Shown here piece by piece: positions 35,572 through 48,299 of a DNA stretch of 64,000 nucleotides; position 1 is the stretch's first letter, and every line of letters begins with the position of its first letter. Under the pieces are notes generated by a model that was not told the origin of the DNA, searched no databases, and saw only the letters and a list, made by a program, of their open reading frames with translations. The DNA is from Octopus bimaculoides (taxonomy: Eukaryota), in assembly GCF_001194135.2 (NCBI RefSeq), contig NC_068985.1, forward strand, positions 92,598,375 to 92,662,374. The letters are read 5' to 3'. The translations under genes and the position numbers were made by a program.

Positions 35572-35938
35572 GTGGAGGCGCAATGGCCCATAGGATCGCG
35601 GTTTCGATTTCCAGACCGGGCGTTCTGAGTGTTTAGTGAGCGAAAACACCTAAAGCTCCACGAGGCTACGGCAGGGGATGGTGACGAACCCTGCTGTACT
35701 CTTTCACCACAACTTTCTCTCACTTTTTCTTCCTGTTTCTGTTGTGCCTGTAATTCAAAGGCCCAGCCTTGTCACACTCTGTGTCACGCTGAATATCCCC
35801 GAGAACTACGTTAAGGGTACACGTGTCTGTGGTGTGCTCAGCCACTTGCACATTAATTTCACGAGCAGGCTGTTTCGTTGGTCGGATTAACTGGAACCCT
35901 CGACGTCGTAAGCGACGGAGTGCCAACAACAACAACAG
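35572..35938 (+). mobile_element. Chimeric SINE: family F 5' part plus family E 3' half with (AAC)n tail
   Basis: 35572-35741 matches 21770-21971; 35742-35938 matches 9470-9660; CpGs largely intact. Confidence 0.85.
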
Positions 35939-36376
35939 TTTGAAAGAAACTTAAAACCATCTAATTTTTATTAAATGTCTGCTCCCTTTAAAATCCTTAT
36001 AGCCCACTCCGACTCCAATTAAAAGCACCGGTCAAATGTTTAATGTTTTAGTTTCATTTGTAACTTAGGAACACATACAGCAATGCTCACGTGTTTTTAC
36101 AAGACAGTAAGATATTAGGATATTTGGCTGCTATTTCCTGCAGGTAAAACCATCGCTTAGAGGCTTATTCGTTAACCTATAATTGAGCAATTGTTTTGTA
36201 TATCGCCCTGGGTCATTCGATATGAAACAAAAATTTTACTAATGACCAGTTAATCATTTATTTAAATGGCCAATTGAAGATTATATTATTCTGCATGAAT
36301 TGATGTAATATGAGATTTGACTACTATTCTGACATTATCAACCAATTACACAAAGGCACTAAGCGGTCTTTTTTTC

Positions 36377-36395
36377 TTACCCATAATGCACAGCG
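36377..36395 (+). promoter_or_regulatory. Staf/ZNF143 (SPH) motif
   Basis: TTACCCATAATGCACAGCG, close to the established Staf selected consensus TTACCCATAATGCATYGCG. Confidence 0.5.
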
Positions 36396-38076
36396 TTAGT
36401 CGTCTGCTACCATTTGTACTCAAAATCTAATCCGTTCACACGTTTTATGATCAGAAAACCTTTCGGAAGAGTTTATAATGTTTTATTTTGATCAAAAGTT
36501 CTAGTATTTATATTTTATAGGTAAAATATATTTTAACGGCGTAAAATTTTCAATGTCACCTTTGAAATTTTTGTTTGATTTCCTTTTGTTACGGCCAGAA
36601 TCTCGGTAGTCTTGAATGTAACAGGAAAAAAATAATAATAAAAAAAGTCTTTTAAAAATAATGCAAATACTGTTTTGTGTTAGGAACTTCAGTATGCTTT
36701 CAATCCATTGTTTTTAAATTTTTTTTATTCTTTTTCATTCCTGCAAATAACTTAAATAACGCACGACAGCCATCATTGCATCCCTTTTAACACACGAAAA
36801 CATGCTGAGTTTCAAAGGAAATTTGGCTCCATTGAAGAATACTTGTGCGAAATAATGAAAGTGATGTTCGTTCAATAATGAAAGCATTAGTAGTTGTTTA
36901 AGTACAGCTTCACTTTCTATAATGAAAGTACTGTGAGCAGGAAAGTTTTAGTATTTCTAACTCATTCAGTTTTTACTTTCTCACAATGTTTTGTATTCAA
37001 GCGATGACCGGGTACATAAATATAAAGTGTGTAACTTGTTAAGTTGAATGACATTTTCATCTTAAAATGCAGCAGCATTTCAAATTTTACTGAAAACATT
37101 TTTGATTTCTTACAATTTGTCTCAGAACAATTTTCTCAATGTTTTCAATCCAAATGATAAGCCATTAGGAAAATATAATGTGTTTAATAAATATATTATT
37201 TTGTGCATAACTACAGACGTGTCCCAGTCCACCTCGACTTTATTTCCTCATAACTTCTGAAAAATGAATGCTTTTAAAATGAAATTTCCTACTGGTATAT
37301 TAGAGCAAACCTAACAAGTGCGTCCTACCCCAATCCGACTTTGTTTCCTCATAACTTTCAATAAAATGGACATTTGTAAATAAAATTTTCTCCAATTTCC
37401 TTTCAGATGGTGTATATATATATAATTATATCGGAATTTAATGTGAAAAAAAAAAAATTGTCGCCTTCTTCACATACATACAAACACATCAAATCATTTT
37501 CTTTTCCAAATTCTTTTGTCTGTGCCAATATGTATGCATGGGGCGCCCACCCATTTTTTCTGCATAAAATTTCAAAAATTCCAATATGATCATAAACTGC
37601 AATATCGGAAAGATTTTGTAGAAAATTTATTAAATAATACCCATTTTTCTGGAAGTTATGAAGAAACTATTGCCGCGATGGGTGGTGACCACATCTGCAG
37701 TTGTGCCTTATTTTGCTTGTATCCATAATTGATTACATTTTCATTCTTCAAAAACTGAAGTACAGCTCTTAAAATCCCTAGAAATTATCCGATCTTTTGC
37801 AACAGAGCTGGAAAAAGTCTTTGACAGAGACAGGGACGCTGTAATTTAGCAGAATATGTAGAAATCCCTCGTTTCATTTGTTCTTAATCAGTAGTCGTTC
37901 TCTACCATTTTTTGCCTACGGACTCCTGTGGTTCCTATTCTACAAGGATGGACCCTAATAGCCATTCGATGACTGAAAAATTATATATTTTTATAATCAC
38001 ATATTGCTAGGAATTGTATAAAAAAAAAAAAAAAAACATTTTGTATATTGTAGAAGCGGTCTTTTTGGGTTTTTTT

Positions 38077-38094
38077 TTACCCATAATGCACAGC
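38077..38094 (+). promoter_or_regulatory. Staf/ZNF143 (SPH) motif, second copy
   Basis: TTACCCATAATGCACAGC, preceded by the same AAGCGGTCTTTTT block as the 36361 copy. Confidence 0.45.
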
Positions 38095-38160
38095 ATTTTG
38101 AGACCCACTGTTCTGAATGAAGCATAAATTTATAGATCTTAACATTATTTCATTATTTTA

Positions 38161-38268
38161 GGGTGGTGAGCTGGCAGAATCGTTAGCACACTGGACAAAA
38201 TGCTAAGTGGCATTTCGTCTGTCTTTATGATCTGAGTTCAAATTCCGCCCAGGTTGACTTTGTCTTTC
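38161..38268 (+). mobile_element. Family D SINE 5' fragment
   Basis: ggtggtgagctggcagaatcgttagc..ctgagttcaaattccgcc. Confidence 0.88.
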
Positions 38269-38428
38269 AAGAAATAAGGGCAGAAGTAAAGAATACACAC
38301 CACCCGTTTTCAGGCGAACCGTGTGGTGTGCAGTCAATTGAAGCTTTGATGTTTTTTTCCTCTTGTTGGCGAAGGTAAAGAATACGTACACCTGGTGGTT
38401 AGGGTTTACAGATCTCTTCCATTTTAAT

Positions 38429-38741
38429 CACAGATTTTTTAATTAATTCTTTTATCTAAACATTTTGAAACTTCGAATATTGGTAGAATTTCTCATGTAA
38501 AACACAATTTACTCAGAATGTCTTAGGCAAAATTTCGTATTTCCAAGTTGATAGTGTAGAATGGAGGGAAAGAGTAAGGAATGCGCGGTGCTGACTAGAA
38601 AGGAAGAAAGGTGGAAATGTCTTCATTCGCCATACGAATAAAACAGAGTGGTCAAAAACATTCAGAGTTAACCGTGTTTTACGTGAGAAATTCAACCAGT
38701 ATTCTAAATTTCAAACTGTTTAAAAAAAATTTTTTAATCTG
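38429..38741. mobile_element. MITE with ~70 bp imperfect TIRs
   Basis: cagatt..aaacattttgaaacttcgaatattggtagaatttctcatgtaaaacac is mirrored by gtgttttacgtgagaaattcaaccagtattctaaatttcaaactgttt..aatctg. Confidence 0.7.
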
Positions 38742-38910
38742 TTTCGGTTTATATACCCTCCAGCCTTCATCAGGTGTCTTGAAGAAATTCCGAACTTGGG
38801 TTCTTATTCCTAAGGTATTTTTTTATGTTATTATTATTCATGTCACTGCTTGGAATCGAACTCAGAATCTTGGGATTAGTAGCCCACGCTCTTAACCACT
38901 ACCCCATATC
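38741..38910 (-). mobile_element. tRNA-headed SINE with Penelope-like 3' tail containing a hammerhead core remnant
   Basis: Reverse strand: tRNA-like head (GTAGTGGTTAAG, GAGTTCGATTCC), then ..gacacCTGATGAaggctggagggtatataaaccGAAAc. Confidence 0.65.
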
Positions 38911-40677
38911 TGTCAAATGTAAACAATGTACATAATTCCTCATCTCTTAAATATAGAACTGTAGCTTCGAGAAGGTCGAGTGAGATTACTCTCATTATAT
39001 CTGTTTTACGTTTCGCTTGACTGCCAAGGGTCACTACAATTTCACACCCATTTTCCATGACTGGAGTTGGCAAGCTGGAGGTACTAGGCTCAAGTCCTCT
39101 GTTTTGACATGAATTTCTATGGCTGGATACCGTTTCTAATGCCGACCATTTTACTGAGTGTCCTGGGTGATTTTTATGTGGTGTTGGCACAGATGCTCCT
39201 TACTTGGGGCCAGCTAGGAAAAAAAGGGCTTAGTTATATTTCTTGGTTATTTTAGAATTTGAACAGCAATTAAGGGAGTTTTGCTGACTTCAAGAATCTG
39301 AGATAATCTAAGTTTTTCGACTTACTATATAACATATGTAAGATTCTACTGTATGTGAATGAAACAAAATAGTGGAATCGTTATACAATCAGCTATATCT
39401 GTTCTAATAGTGTGACATTGGAGATAGCAGGGTTGATAGAGAGTGGTAAACAAAATGCTTAACAACCTGAGTTCAATGACTAATGAAATCCTTCTGCCAG
39501 TTAAGTACTAGTGCTGATTAGATTATAATTGATTGCTCCAGTGGAACATTTGAAGTCTTGTTGCCTATTATATTAAATATTTTATAACCAGCTTCAGATT
39601 GATTGTCCTACTGTCTCACCTGCTTCATACCATCCACACCAGGCCCATACTGTTTAGTGGCCTGGCCTAATAATCAATTAATATTGCTTAACATAACAAA
39701 ACAATAATTATACATACATACAACATAAAACTAAATAATTTTAAGTAATAAAAGTTGAATGGAGATATTTGTTATTAATTAATTAATTGTGATAGATAAA
39801 CAACATAGGTGGTTGTTTATATAATAATCAAGTTTAGAAACAAAACAGTAAAGTGTTGTTTTTTCATCTGCTGACAAAGAAAACAATTCAACACAGTAAT
39901 TAAAATTAAATAGAATTATAAAATAGAAAAAAAAAAAAAGAACTAAATTTACGAATTTCAATAAATATTTCAAAACTAAAGCACACTATGAATGTAGAAA
40001 AAAATATGCAAGAGAGAAAGAGAGAGAGCTGTCAGAAACTATTTATTTTAACTATTAATATCTACATATTTAATAACCTCATTCTTCTTTCTTTTTGTTC
40101 ATATACTACTTGTATATTATTTACTCATATTAAATTATTTTGGTTTCGTTCATGGAAATGTCATTCCAGATTACAAAAAAATAAAAGCCTAACCTTGTAG
40201 TATTTTGATCTCGATGGGAATGTCCTTCTATATGTACAATTCCATGACCTCCACCACCAACAGTGGTTCTGATTTAAAAAAATTAAAAAAATTTTTTTAC
40301 ATTCAACTATCTAATGTGTTTGAGTAATCTGTAGCTGATTCAAATCTCTAAAAACAGAAATCTGTTCAATTTCTTTGTTGGCCTTAAGTGTTTCATTTTG
40401 TTTTTTGGTTTTTTTTTATGATAAAAACTAATTAAAAGAATTATAAAGTAAATGTTTACTTGCTTTTTGATATGAGAAATATTTTTTGTACATTTTCATA
40501 TTGCAGTTTGTCAATGAATACAAGTAGATGCATTAAAATACAGAACCAGTAAATCATGAGATAGAGAAGTAGATGTGAATAGGGGGGACTTAATCCAGTG
40601 GTTTCTGACCTGTGGTTCACAAAGGTAGTACTAATGGGGAGGTGGTCTGTGAACTAAATTCAAAATTTCATATACAT

Positions 40678-40838
40678 AGACGCAGGAGTGGCCGTGTGGT
40701 AAGTAGCTTGCTTATCAACCACATAGTTCCGGGTTCGTTCCAACTGCATGGCACCTTGAGCAAGTGTCTTCTATAGCCTCGGGCCAACCAAAGCCTTGTG
40801 AGTGGATTTGGTAGACGGAAACTGAAAGAAGCCTGTCG

Positions 40839-40919
<81 letters not shown>

Positions 40920-41014
40920 ATGTTTGTGCGTCTGTGTCCCCCCAACATTGCTTGACAACCAATGCTGGTGTGTTTACGTCCCCGTAACTTAGCAGTTCGG
41001 CAAAAGGGACCGAT
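40678..41014 (+). mobile_element. Family A SINE, 3' truncated
   Basis: Intact head gacgcaggagtggccgtgtggtaagtagcttgc and central (AT)/(GT) repeat. Confidence 0.92.
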
Positions 41015-41384
41015 GTAACATTTTTTTGTTTTAAGTCCTAAAAGCTTCGCCATGGTCACTTGCTTTCTAGAAATATCAGCTAATTCACAATTACTATTGA
41101 AGCCTGTCATCTTATAAGGAAACTGATCCTAGTTTCTGGAAAAAAAAATATAACCTAAAATATTCACAAGTTAAATGCCTCTAATTATAGTCTGCTCTGT
41201 AAACTTTGACCTGTAACAACAGTAAATGCCTCACTAATTCATTAAAACTAAAAATCTGACCTGAAAACTTTGGATGATTTCTGGAAGCTGACAGTACTTT
41301 TCATAGACAATACTTCTTTTCCTAAGCTGCTGAAAGCTCTTGTTTGACCAGTGTAGTGTTAATGAGGATACACTTAATATGTCC

Positions 41385-41580
41385 ATTAATTGAAGCATTT
41401 TAAATTATTCTGTCAAATGTAATGTTTATTCATTCACATTGTTTAGAATTAATGAAGCATTATCTCATAGTTCTGAGATTTCATTGTAGAATAGATGTGA
41501 GAGATCAGATCTGACCAGTTTGGACAGAAAAGAAAGATTACTTTGGCCAGATATGGTTGGTTTAAATTCTAAAGGGTTGA
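41385..41580 (-). mobile_element. piggyBac-type MITE, same family as 6851-7070
   Basis: Reverse complement aligns to 6851-7070 with an internal deletion. Confidence 0.7.
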
Positions 41581-41899
41581 AAACATCTATACTTTTAAAA
41601 TTTCTATGTTATATATACAGTGAACACCTTGGTATTATTATTTGAAAGGAGAAAAAAATGGGTATTTACTTAAAATGAACAAGAGCCTAGAATTTATTTT
41701 GTTGAAATACCGTGAGGATGGAGTGGGGGGGGGGACGGTAGGGTGGCAGACCAAATGCTTTGTGGGTTTGATGTCAAGCTGGACTTTGCCTAAATGTTGT
41801 GGTTAATTGAAATCTAATCAAAAGGTTGTGTTTTTGGTAAATTAGTGTCGAGTCGCAGAGAGAAAAAAAAAAACATGTCGCACGTCATTTTAAATACCA

Positions 41900-42369
41900 C
41901 GACTGGCACCTGTGCCAGTGGAGCACTAACAACACCATCCGAGCATGATCATTGCCCGAGGAGCTGTCTGGCTTCCATGCTAGTGGCACGTAAATAGTAC
42001 CATTTGAGCGTGATCGTTACCAGCGTCGCCCTACTGGCATTTGCACCGGTGGCACATTAGAAAATGATTCAAGTGAGGTTGTTGCCAGTGCCGCTGGACT
42101 AGCTCCTGTGCAGGTGGCACTTAAAAAGCACCATTTTGAGCGTGGCCATTGCCAGTACCACGTGACTGGCCCTCATGCCAGTGGCATGTAAAAGCACCCA
42201 CTACACTCTCTGAGTGGTTGGTGTTAGGAAGGGCATCCAGCTATAGAAACTCTGCCAGATCAGATTGGCGCCTGGTGCAGCCATCCAGTTCACCAGTCCT
42301 GAGTCAACTAGTCCAACCTATGCTAGCATGGAAAGCGGACATTAAACGAAGATGATGGTGATGATGATG
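41900..42369 (+). mobile_element. Family B element with internal tandem units
   Basis: Four to five gtggcacgtaaaaagcacc-type units, conserved 3' end and (GAT)n tail. Confidence 0.92.
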
Positions 42370-42954
42370 TAATTAAGCACATATTTTAAAGTTGTTTAGG
42401 AATTGACAGTGCATGGCTCATACAATATCACATGCCAATGTATAACAACATCATTACATGCATCTAAAAACAAAAGTGATGTTTTGTTTTTTTAAATCAG
42501 AAACGAAACAATGAGTGAGTTGTAATATTTACATTTATATTTCACTTCTAATTAATGCTGTGTTGTGCATAAAATATGTGCCGTCAACTCTGGTATGCTA
42601 ATTAAGTTATCTTCTACCATATTTGCTTAATTCCTGTCTGCATCAACACATTTGGTGGCCAGTGGAGGGGTATGGCTAAGGCTTTCTTATTTTAATATTT
42701 GTTTATTTCAGTTCTCAATGACACTGATTGTTGTTTAATTAAATAATTAATTTAATGAAATTGCACTGTGGTTTTTTTTTTTTCTTTTTTTTTTCTTGTT
42801 CAGTTTCCAGTTGAGAAGTCTTATGATCAAATGCATTCCAACCATGACTGCTCCATCTATTTAGGGCTGTCTCTGGATTAGATTTCATGTGTTTGTTTTT
42901 TATTGTGCTGGTATTTGAGGTCAGGGACATTTCATTGCTGTTTCATACATGCAT

Positions 42955-42957
42955 ATG

Positions 42958-43025
<68 letters not shown>

Positions 43026-43266
43026 CGTGTATATATGCATGTATATATGCATATATATGTGAATGTATATATGTTTGTGTATCTGTGTTTGTTCCCCTAC
43101 CATTGCTTGACAACTGATGTTGGTATGTTTATGTTACCATAACTTAGCGGTTCAGCAAAGGAGACTGATAGAATAAGTCCTAGGCTTACAAAGAATGTCC
43201 CGAAGTCGATTCATTTGACTAAAGGAGGTGCTCCAGCATGGCCACAGTCAAATGACTGAAACAAGA
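42955..43266 (+). mobile_element. (AT)/(GT) microsatellite plus family A 3' half
   Basis: gatagaataagtcctaggcttacaaagaat..ctccagcatggccacagtcaaatgactgaaacaag. Confidence 0.85.
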
Positions 43267-44327
43267 ATATATGTATTTTTCTTCCAGTAGCCAGCACAAC
43301 CTCCTATGCTTTGAATACTATTCAAGCAGCTGAGAGAGGTGGTAAAAGACAAGTGACGATCAGACCAAATTCTAAAGTCACATGCAGGTTTCTGTCTGTC
43401 TGGTTATATTGGAGAGTTTGAAAGAGTAGATGATATATATATATATGTATATATATACATTAGGTCAATTAGTTCAACCAGCAGAATAAATTTTATGCTC
43501 TAATGAATTGAATCCTAATGTTTATTGGGAAGGATCCCTTTGAGGATAAAAATCAAATGTTTTTCTGGTAGAAAATTTTATTTCTCTGTGAATTTTTGCC
43601 AGGTTACTATTTGCGGACACAGACCATCATTGGTTTTATGGATTCTACCACTTGACTGTTATGAGATGTTCAGTCACTGATCCAGCTGACTTATGATTAA
43701 AGACATGCTAGTTGTGGTGTATACCATCTTTTATTGAGATATAATCTACCTAGAACTACATCGTCCTAAGACTAGAGATAATTGTAATTTAAGGGACTGT
43801 CATTGATGCATGGGTATTTGTTCCTGCTTTTTACATTGAGAGTTCAAATCCTGTCAAGCTCAGTGTTTGTGTTTCGTCTATCTGTGGTCAGCAAAATGAA
43901 TGTCCAGTCAAGTATTGAGTTTAATAGAGCTGTTTCCTTCCTACAAATTTGAGACATTGTGTTTTTAATAAGGCATTAATTTCCTTAAAGACATGAATGG
44001 TAAATGTAATATTCTGTTCTTCCTAAGATTTTTGCCTATAGACAGTTGCTCCACCTACAAAAAATAGTAGTTGAATTTCCCTCAAGTCACACTGTCACCT
44101 AATGGAAAGAAAGTATATACAGGATGGATAAACATGGTTGATTCTGGGGTCTGCTTAGTGAGAAGTGACTCAGTGTTAACATTTACAAATAATTCAAATT
44201 ATTGATTCTTTGAGTTTGTCCAAGTTATGTAAAGTCAAAATAAACTGTCATGGCTGATCTTGGAGTAGATTTTGTTTTTTGTCAGCCAGGAGCCTATAAA
44301 ATAGGTATCATTTAAATGCTAGGGTTG

Positions 44328-44330
<3 letters not shown>

Positions 44331-44361
<31 letters not shown>

Positions 44362-44670
44362 GTCGTTTTACGTCCACTTTCCATGTTGGCATGGGTTGGA
44401 CAGTTTAACTTAGGGCTAGCGAGCCAGAAGGCTGCACCAGGCTCCATTCTAATCTGGCAATGTTTCTACAGCTGGATGCCCTTCCTAACCCCAACCACTC
44501 CAATACTGGGTGCCTTTTACGTGCCACTGGCACAAGGGCCAGGTAGGCAGTACTGGCATCGGCCATGCTTGAATGGTGCTTTTTACACGCTACCTGCACG
44601 GGGGCCAGTCAGCCAGCACTGGCATCGACCATACTTGAATGGTGCTTTTTATGTGCCACTAGCACTGGTT
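44331..44670 (-). mobile_element. Family B element
   Basis: (CAT)n, then gtccactttccatgttggcatgggttggacag, then tandem units. Confidence 0.9.
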
Positions 44671-45435
44671 ATTGGTTTTATTATAAAATCAGTTTTAAGC
44701 TCTAAGAAAATATTTCCATCAAACTTATGACAGGAATGAATCATAAAGAATAAAATGCAAGTCTTACTTAATATTCCCTCTGCAAGAGACTTTAAAAATA
44801 GTCTGTAAGAACACACTGGTGTGTTATGCTAAGTTATGTTTTAATTCATAGATGAATTGACAAGACCAACTTGTCTCCCAAGTAGTAAACTCATAATAAC
44901 TGTTACTCTTGGGAGGAAGCATTAATGTCATAATATTGCATAGTTTGTTTAGTTTGTTTTTTTTCCTTTTGTTTTGCCTTGCCTTTTAGTAGAAGACTGG
45001 AAAATGAAATAAAAAGCCAAAAGGCAAGAAGCAAAATATTCTCTGTCAGAAATAAGACCAGATAGTTTTTATAGTTGGTAGAGTGTCACTTTTAAATAGG
45101 AAAAAAAATAAACAAATAAAATTAAAATAAATGCCATTCTACTCAATAAATCTAAGATATTCAAATGATCATTGTAATCTTTAGTTTTACCCATAAGATT
45201 ATCATCATCACTATGCAAAAGGATTTTTTTTTTAATGTTATTGGCATCACTTTGGAAAAGTTTGAAAAATGCCATTGTAAAATCTTTGCTAGTTTTTACA
45301 TCATTTGTTTTTCCTAGTTCCACTTTGCTCCACGTAGAGCTTATCTGTTTCACGATGCGTTTTTACATTATGAATTTATCCTCATTTATACCATCAGCAT
45401 TCATGAGACAAGTTTTTAACACTGCCTTCCTACAT

Positions 45436-45796
45436 AAGTGCAAGTATAGCTCTGTGTTTAAGGAGCTAGCTTGACAACCATGTGGTTTCAGAGTCAATGC
45501 CGCTGCATGTCACATTGGGAAAGTGTCTTCTAGTATAGCCCTGGGGCAACCGATACCTTACAAGTAAATTTGGTAGACACAAACTGTATGGAAGCCCATT
45601 GTGTGTATGTTTATGTTTCTCCCCACCAGTGCTTGACAGTTGGTATTGATTTGTGTCCCTCTAGCCTAGCAGTTCAGCACAGGGACCAATATTATTCCAC
45701 ACTTCAGAAAATAAAGAAAAAAAAAACTATTACAGTAGATTTGTTTGATTTAATCCAAAGCGGTGCCCCAGCATGGCCACAATCCAATGTAAAAGA
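45436..45796 (+). mobile_element. Family A-related SINE, diverged
   Basis: aagtgtcttctagtatagcc..cggtgccccagcatggccacaatcc. Confidence 0.8.
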
Positions 45797-45859
45797 TATA
45801 TGATCCATTGGTGATTTTCTTTGAAAGTTGAAATCTAAATTCTTTTTATTCATTTTTTT

Positions 45860-46064
45860 TTTATTTGTTTCAGTCATTTGACTGTGGCCATGCTGGAGCA
45901 CCGCCTTTAGTCAAATAAATTGACCCCAGGACCTATTCTTTGTTAGCCTAGTACTTATTCTATTGGTCTCTTTTGCTGAACCACTAAATCACAGGGATGT
46001 AAACACACCAGCATCAGTTGTCAAGCGATGATGGTGGGACAAGTATACACACACAAACACACAT

Positions 46065-46104
<40 letters not shown>

Positions 46105-46268
46105 GACGGGCTTCTTTCAGTTTCCGTCTACCAAATCCACTCACAAGGCTTTGGTCGGCCCAAGGCTATAGTAGAAGACACTTGCTCAAGGTGCCACGCT
46201 GTAGGACTGAACCCAGAACCATGTGGTTGGTAAGCAAGCTACTTACCACACAACCACTCCTGAACCTA
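45860..46268 (-). mobile_element. Family A SINE, full length
   Basis: Collinear with 4765-5179. Confidence 0.93.
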
Positions 46269-47519
46269 TCTCAAGGTATTTTATTAGGTGAATAATAAAA
46301 ACAAAAAGTAACATTACCTCTTATTAATTGGCTGTATACTCTCTCATCACATTATTTTGTATTATTTTGGATTTGGTTATTGATATTACTATGTTGGAGC
46401 AAAAGGCTTATGGTTATCTAGAGTAATTATACATGTTGTATGAAACATTGTAGTAGTTATTCTACTAAGTTGACCTTCACTAGCAACACCCTACAGTAGC
46501 TGTGTGAACATGATTTAGAAAGTCAGAAACAATTATTCTCCATTACTACATCTAAATTTTTCTTAGCTTCTGGATCTAGCTTTTGTCTGACTTTGTTGTA
46601 CTGAAAAGGCCATAAATATGCTTGATGTACGATTTCTCCTCTGCTATTTATTCATGCGAATTGATTTCCATACCATCCTTTTCTAAGAATAGTGTATATT
46701 TTAATAGTTTTAGTTTGTGATTTTGTGTAAAATATTAGTATTTTTATTCAGGATTAGTTGCTATGGCTATTTCATTTTTTTTGTTGTTGTTTTTTTCCCA
46801 TCTCCCTAAATCTAATCGAAATTCTGCAGAGTGAAGAATGTTGTACAAGTTGCGTCAAGCAGGAGCCTTTACGAATTCTTTGAGAGCTTGTGATTTATAT
46901 GGATTTCTAATTAATGAGAGAATGATTGTTTCTATATATATTTGGAAAATGAATTTTTAATTGAGTATGATAGTTGTTATATTATTTGTAGCAATTGATT
47001 AAATATCATTGATGCTGATATTTAGGAATTCTGAAGAAAGGAAGAAGTGCTGAACAATTTTATAATTACCCCCTTGGAAATGTAATTCTGGCTACATTAT
47101 TATTTTGCCAATTATATTGTCTTATGTTTATTGATTTTACAATAGTGAATTTACAAGAACTTGTCTATGTTCTTTGTTGACTCTCACATTTTGGGTTATT
47201 GTCTACAATTTAGCTGTTATTTATAACAATATCCAGAAAACTTTCTGAAGCTCTTTTGCATCTTCTATATCTACACCATAATCTCATATTAATGAGGGAT
47301 TCTCTACAGTCTCCTGACTGGCTAGCAATGGTCGCAACATCTCTCTTGAATTATATCTTGTTATCTTAAAAATACATAAGCACATATTGGGTGACAAAAA
47401 AAAAAAAACACCAAGCGCAGACTAAAAAGTCATGTCTGGAATGTCGTTGATCATAAGTCCATTTGATCACCATGACTCATTGGAGTTATACAACAACAAC
47501 TTCATCAATATTTCATTTC

Positions 47520-47960
47520 AGTTTGTAACTATTTCTATCGAGTATTAATGAAGCCTTGGCCTTCTTGCTTTTTCCCTGCGTTATGATCTCCTCCATCTTC
47601 GCATATAACCTTTCCCTTCGCAATATTTGAATCCTGACATAAATACCACCAAATGCACATGCATCACAGTCATTACCAAACTATCAGCAACTGAACTGAG
47701 TCTTCTTTTAATTAAACATTGAAATCTATCTCTACATGCAACTACATATAATTATCAAAGCATGTAACCGTTTCTTTCATCCTTCCGAAAGAAGCCACCT
47801 CTGTTTCTACCAGCACTGCTCTTTCATCTCCTATGTTACCGAAGTAATAGAAACCATTATTAATGAGCTTCTCTCATAACATATTGAATCTCTCCTTTTT
47901 GTCTATCAGTTTAGGTTCTGAGAATCTGCATCCACTAGTAATCTACATTTATGTGACATG
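47520..47960 (-). mobile_element. Degenerate LINE RT/thumb-region remnant
   Basis: EKLINNGFYYFGNIGDERAVLVETEVASFGRMKE loosely matches the LINE F.YLG..I....RI..A...F..L segment; many stops. Confidence 0.35.
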
Positions 47961-48268
47961 CAAATGATCTGCAGGCAGAGATCTGAAATGAAATAGAAGA
48001 TTATTGAAAAAAAAAAAAGACTTTCATAAAATGATATGCAAATATATAAAAAGGACCTTCTCTATATGGGTTATACCTAAAATTAACTTTCTTCACATTT
48101 CCTCACCAGACTATTCTGTAGCCTGTTGCTTGTGCTGGCAACATTATAATCTACTTGGCTTTCAACTTTGATGGCTTCCAGTAAATGAACAACACCTTTC
48201 GTCAATCATGTTCAACGCCCTCACCCCACAGGTATACAAATCTCACTGTCTTTCTTTCTCATATATAT

Positions 48269-48299
<31 letters not shown>

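Noticed and set aside
38841-38910. tRNA-like sequence with apparent anticodon ACT
   Set aside because: Acceptor and T stems do not pair, and it continues into a repeat tail; it is a SINE head, not a tRNA gene.
41900-42200. Regularly spaced ~60-bp repeats superficially like a CRISPR array
   Set aside because: Units are degenerate tandem copies without unique spacers, sit inside a dispersed eukaryotic retroposon, and no cas genes are present.
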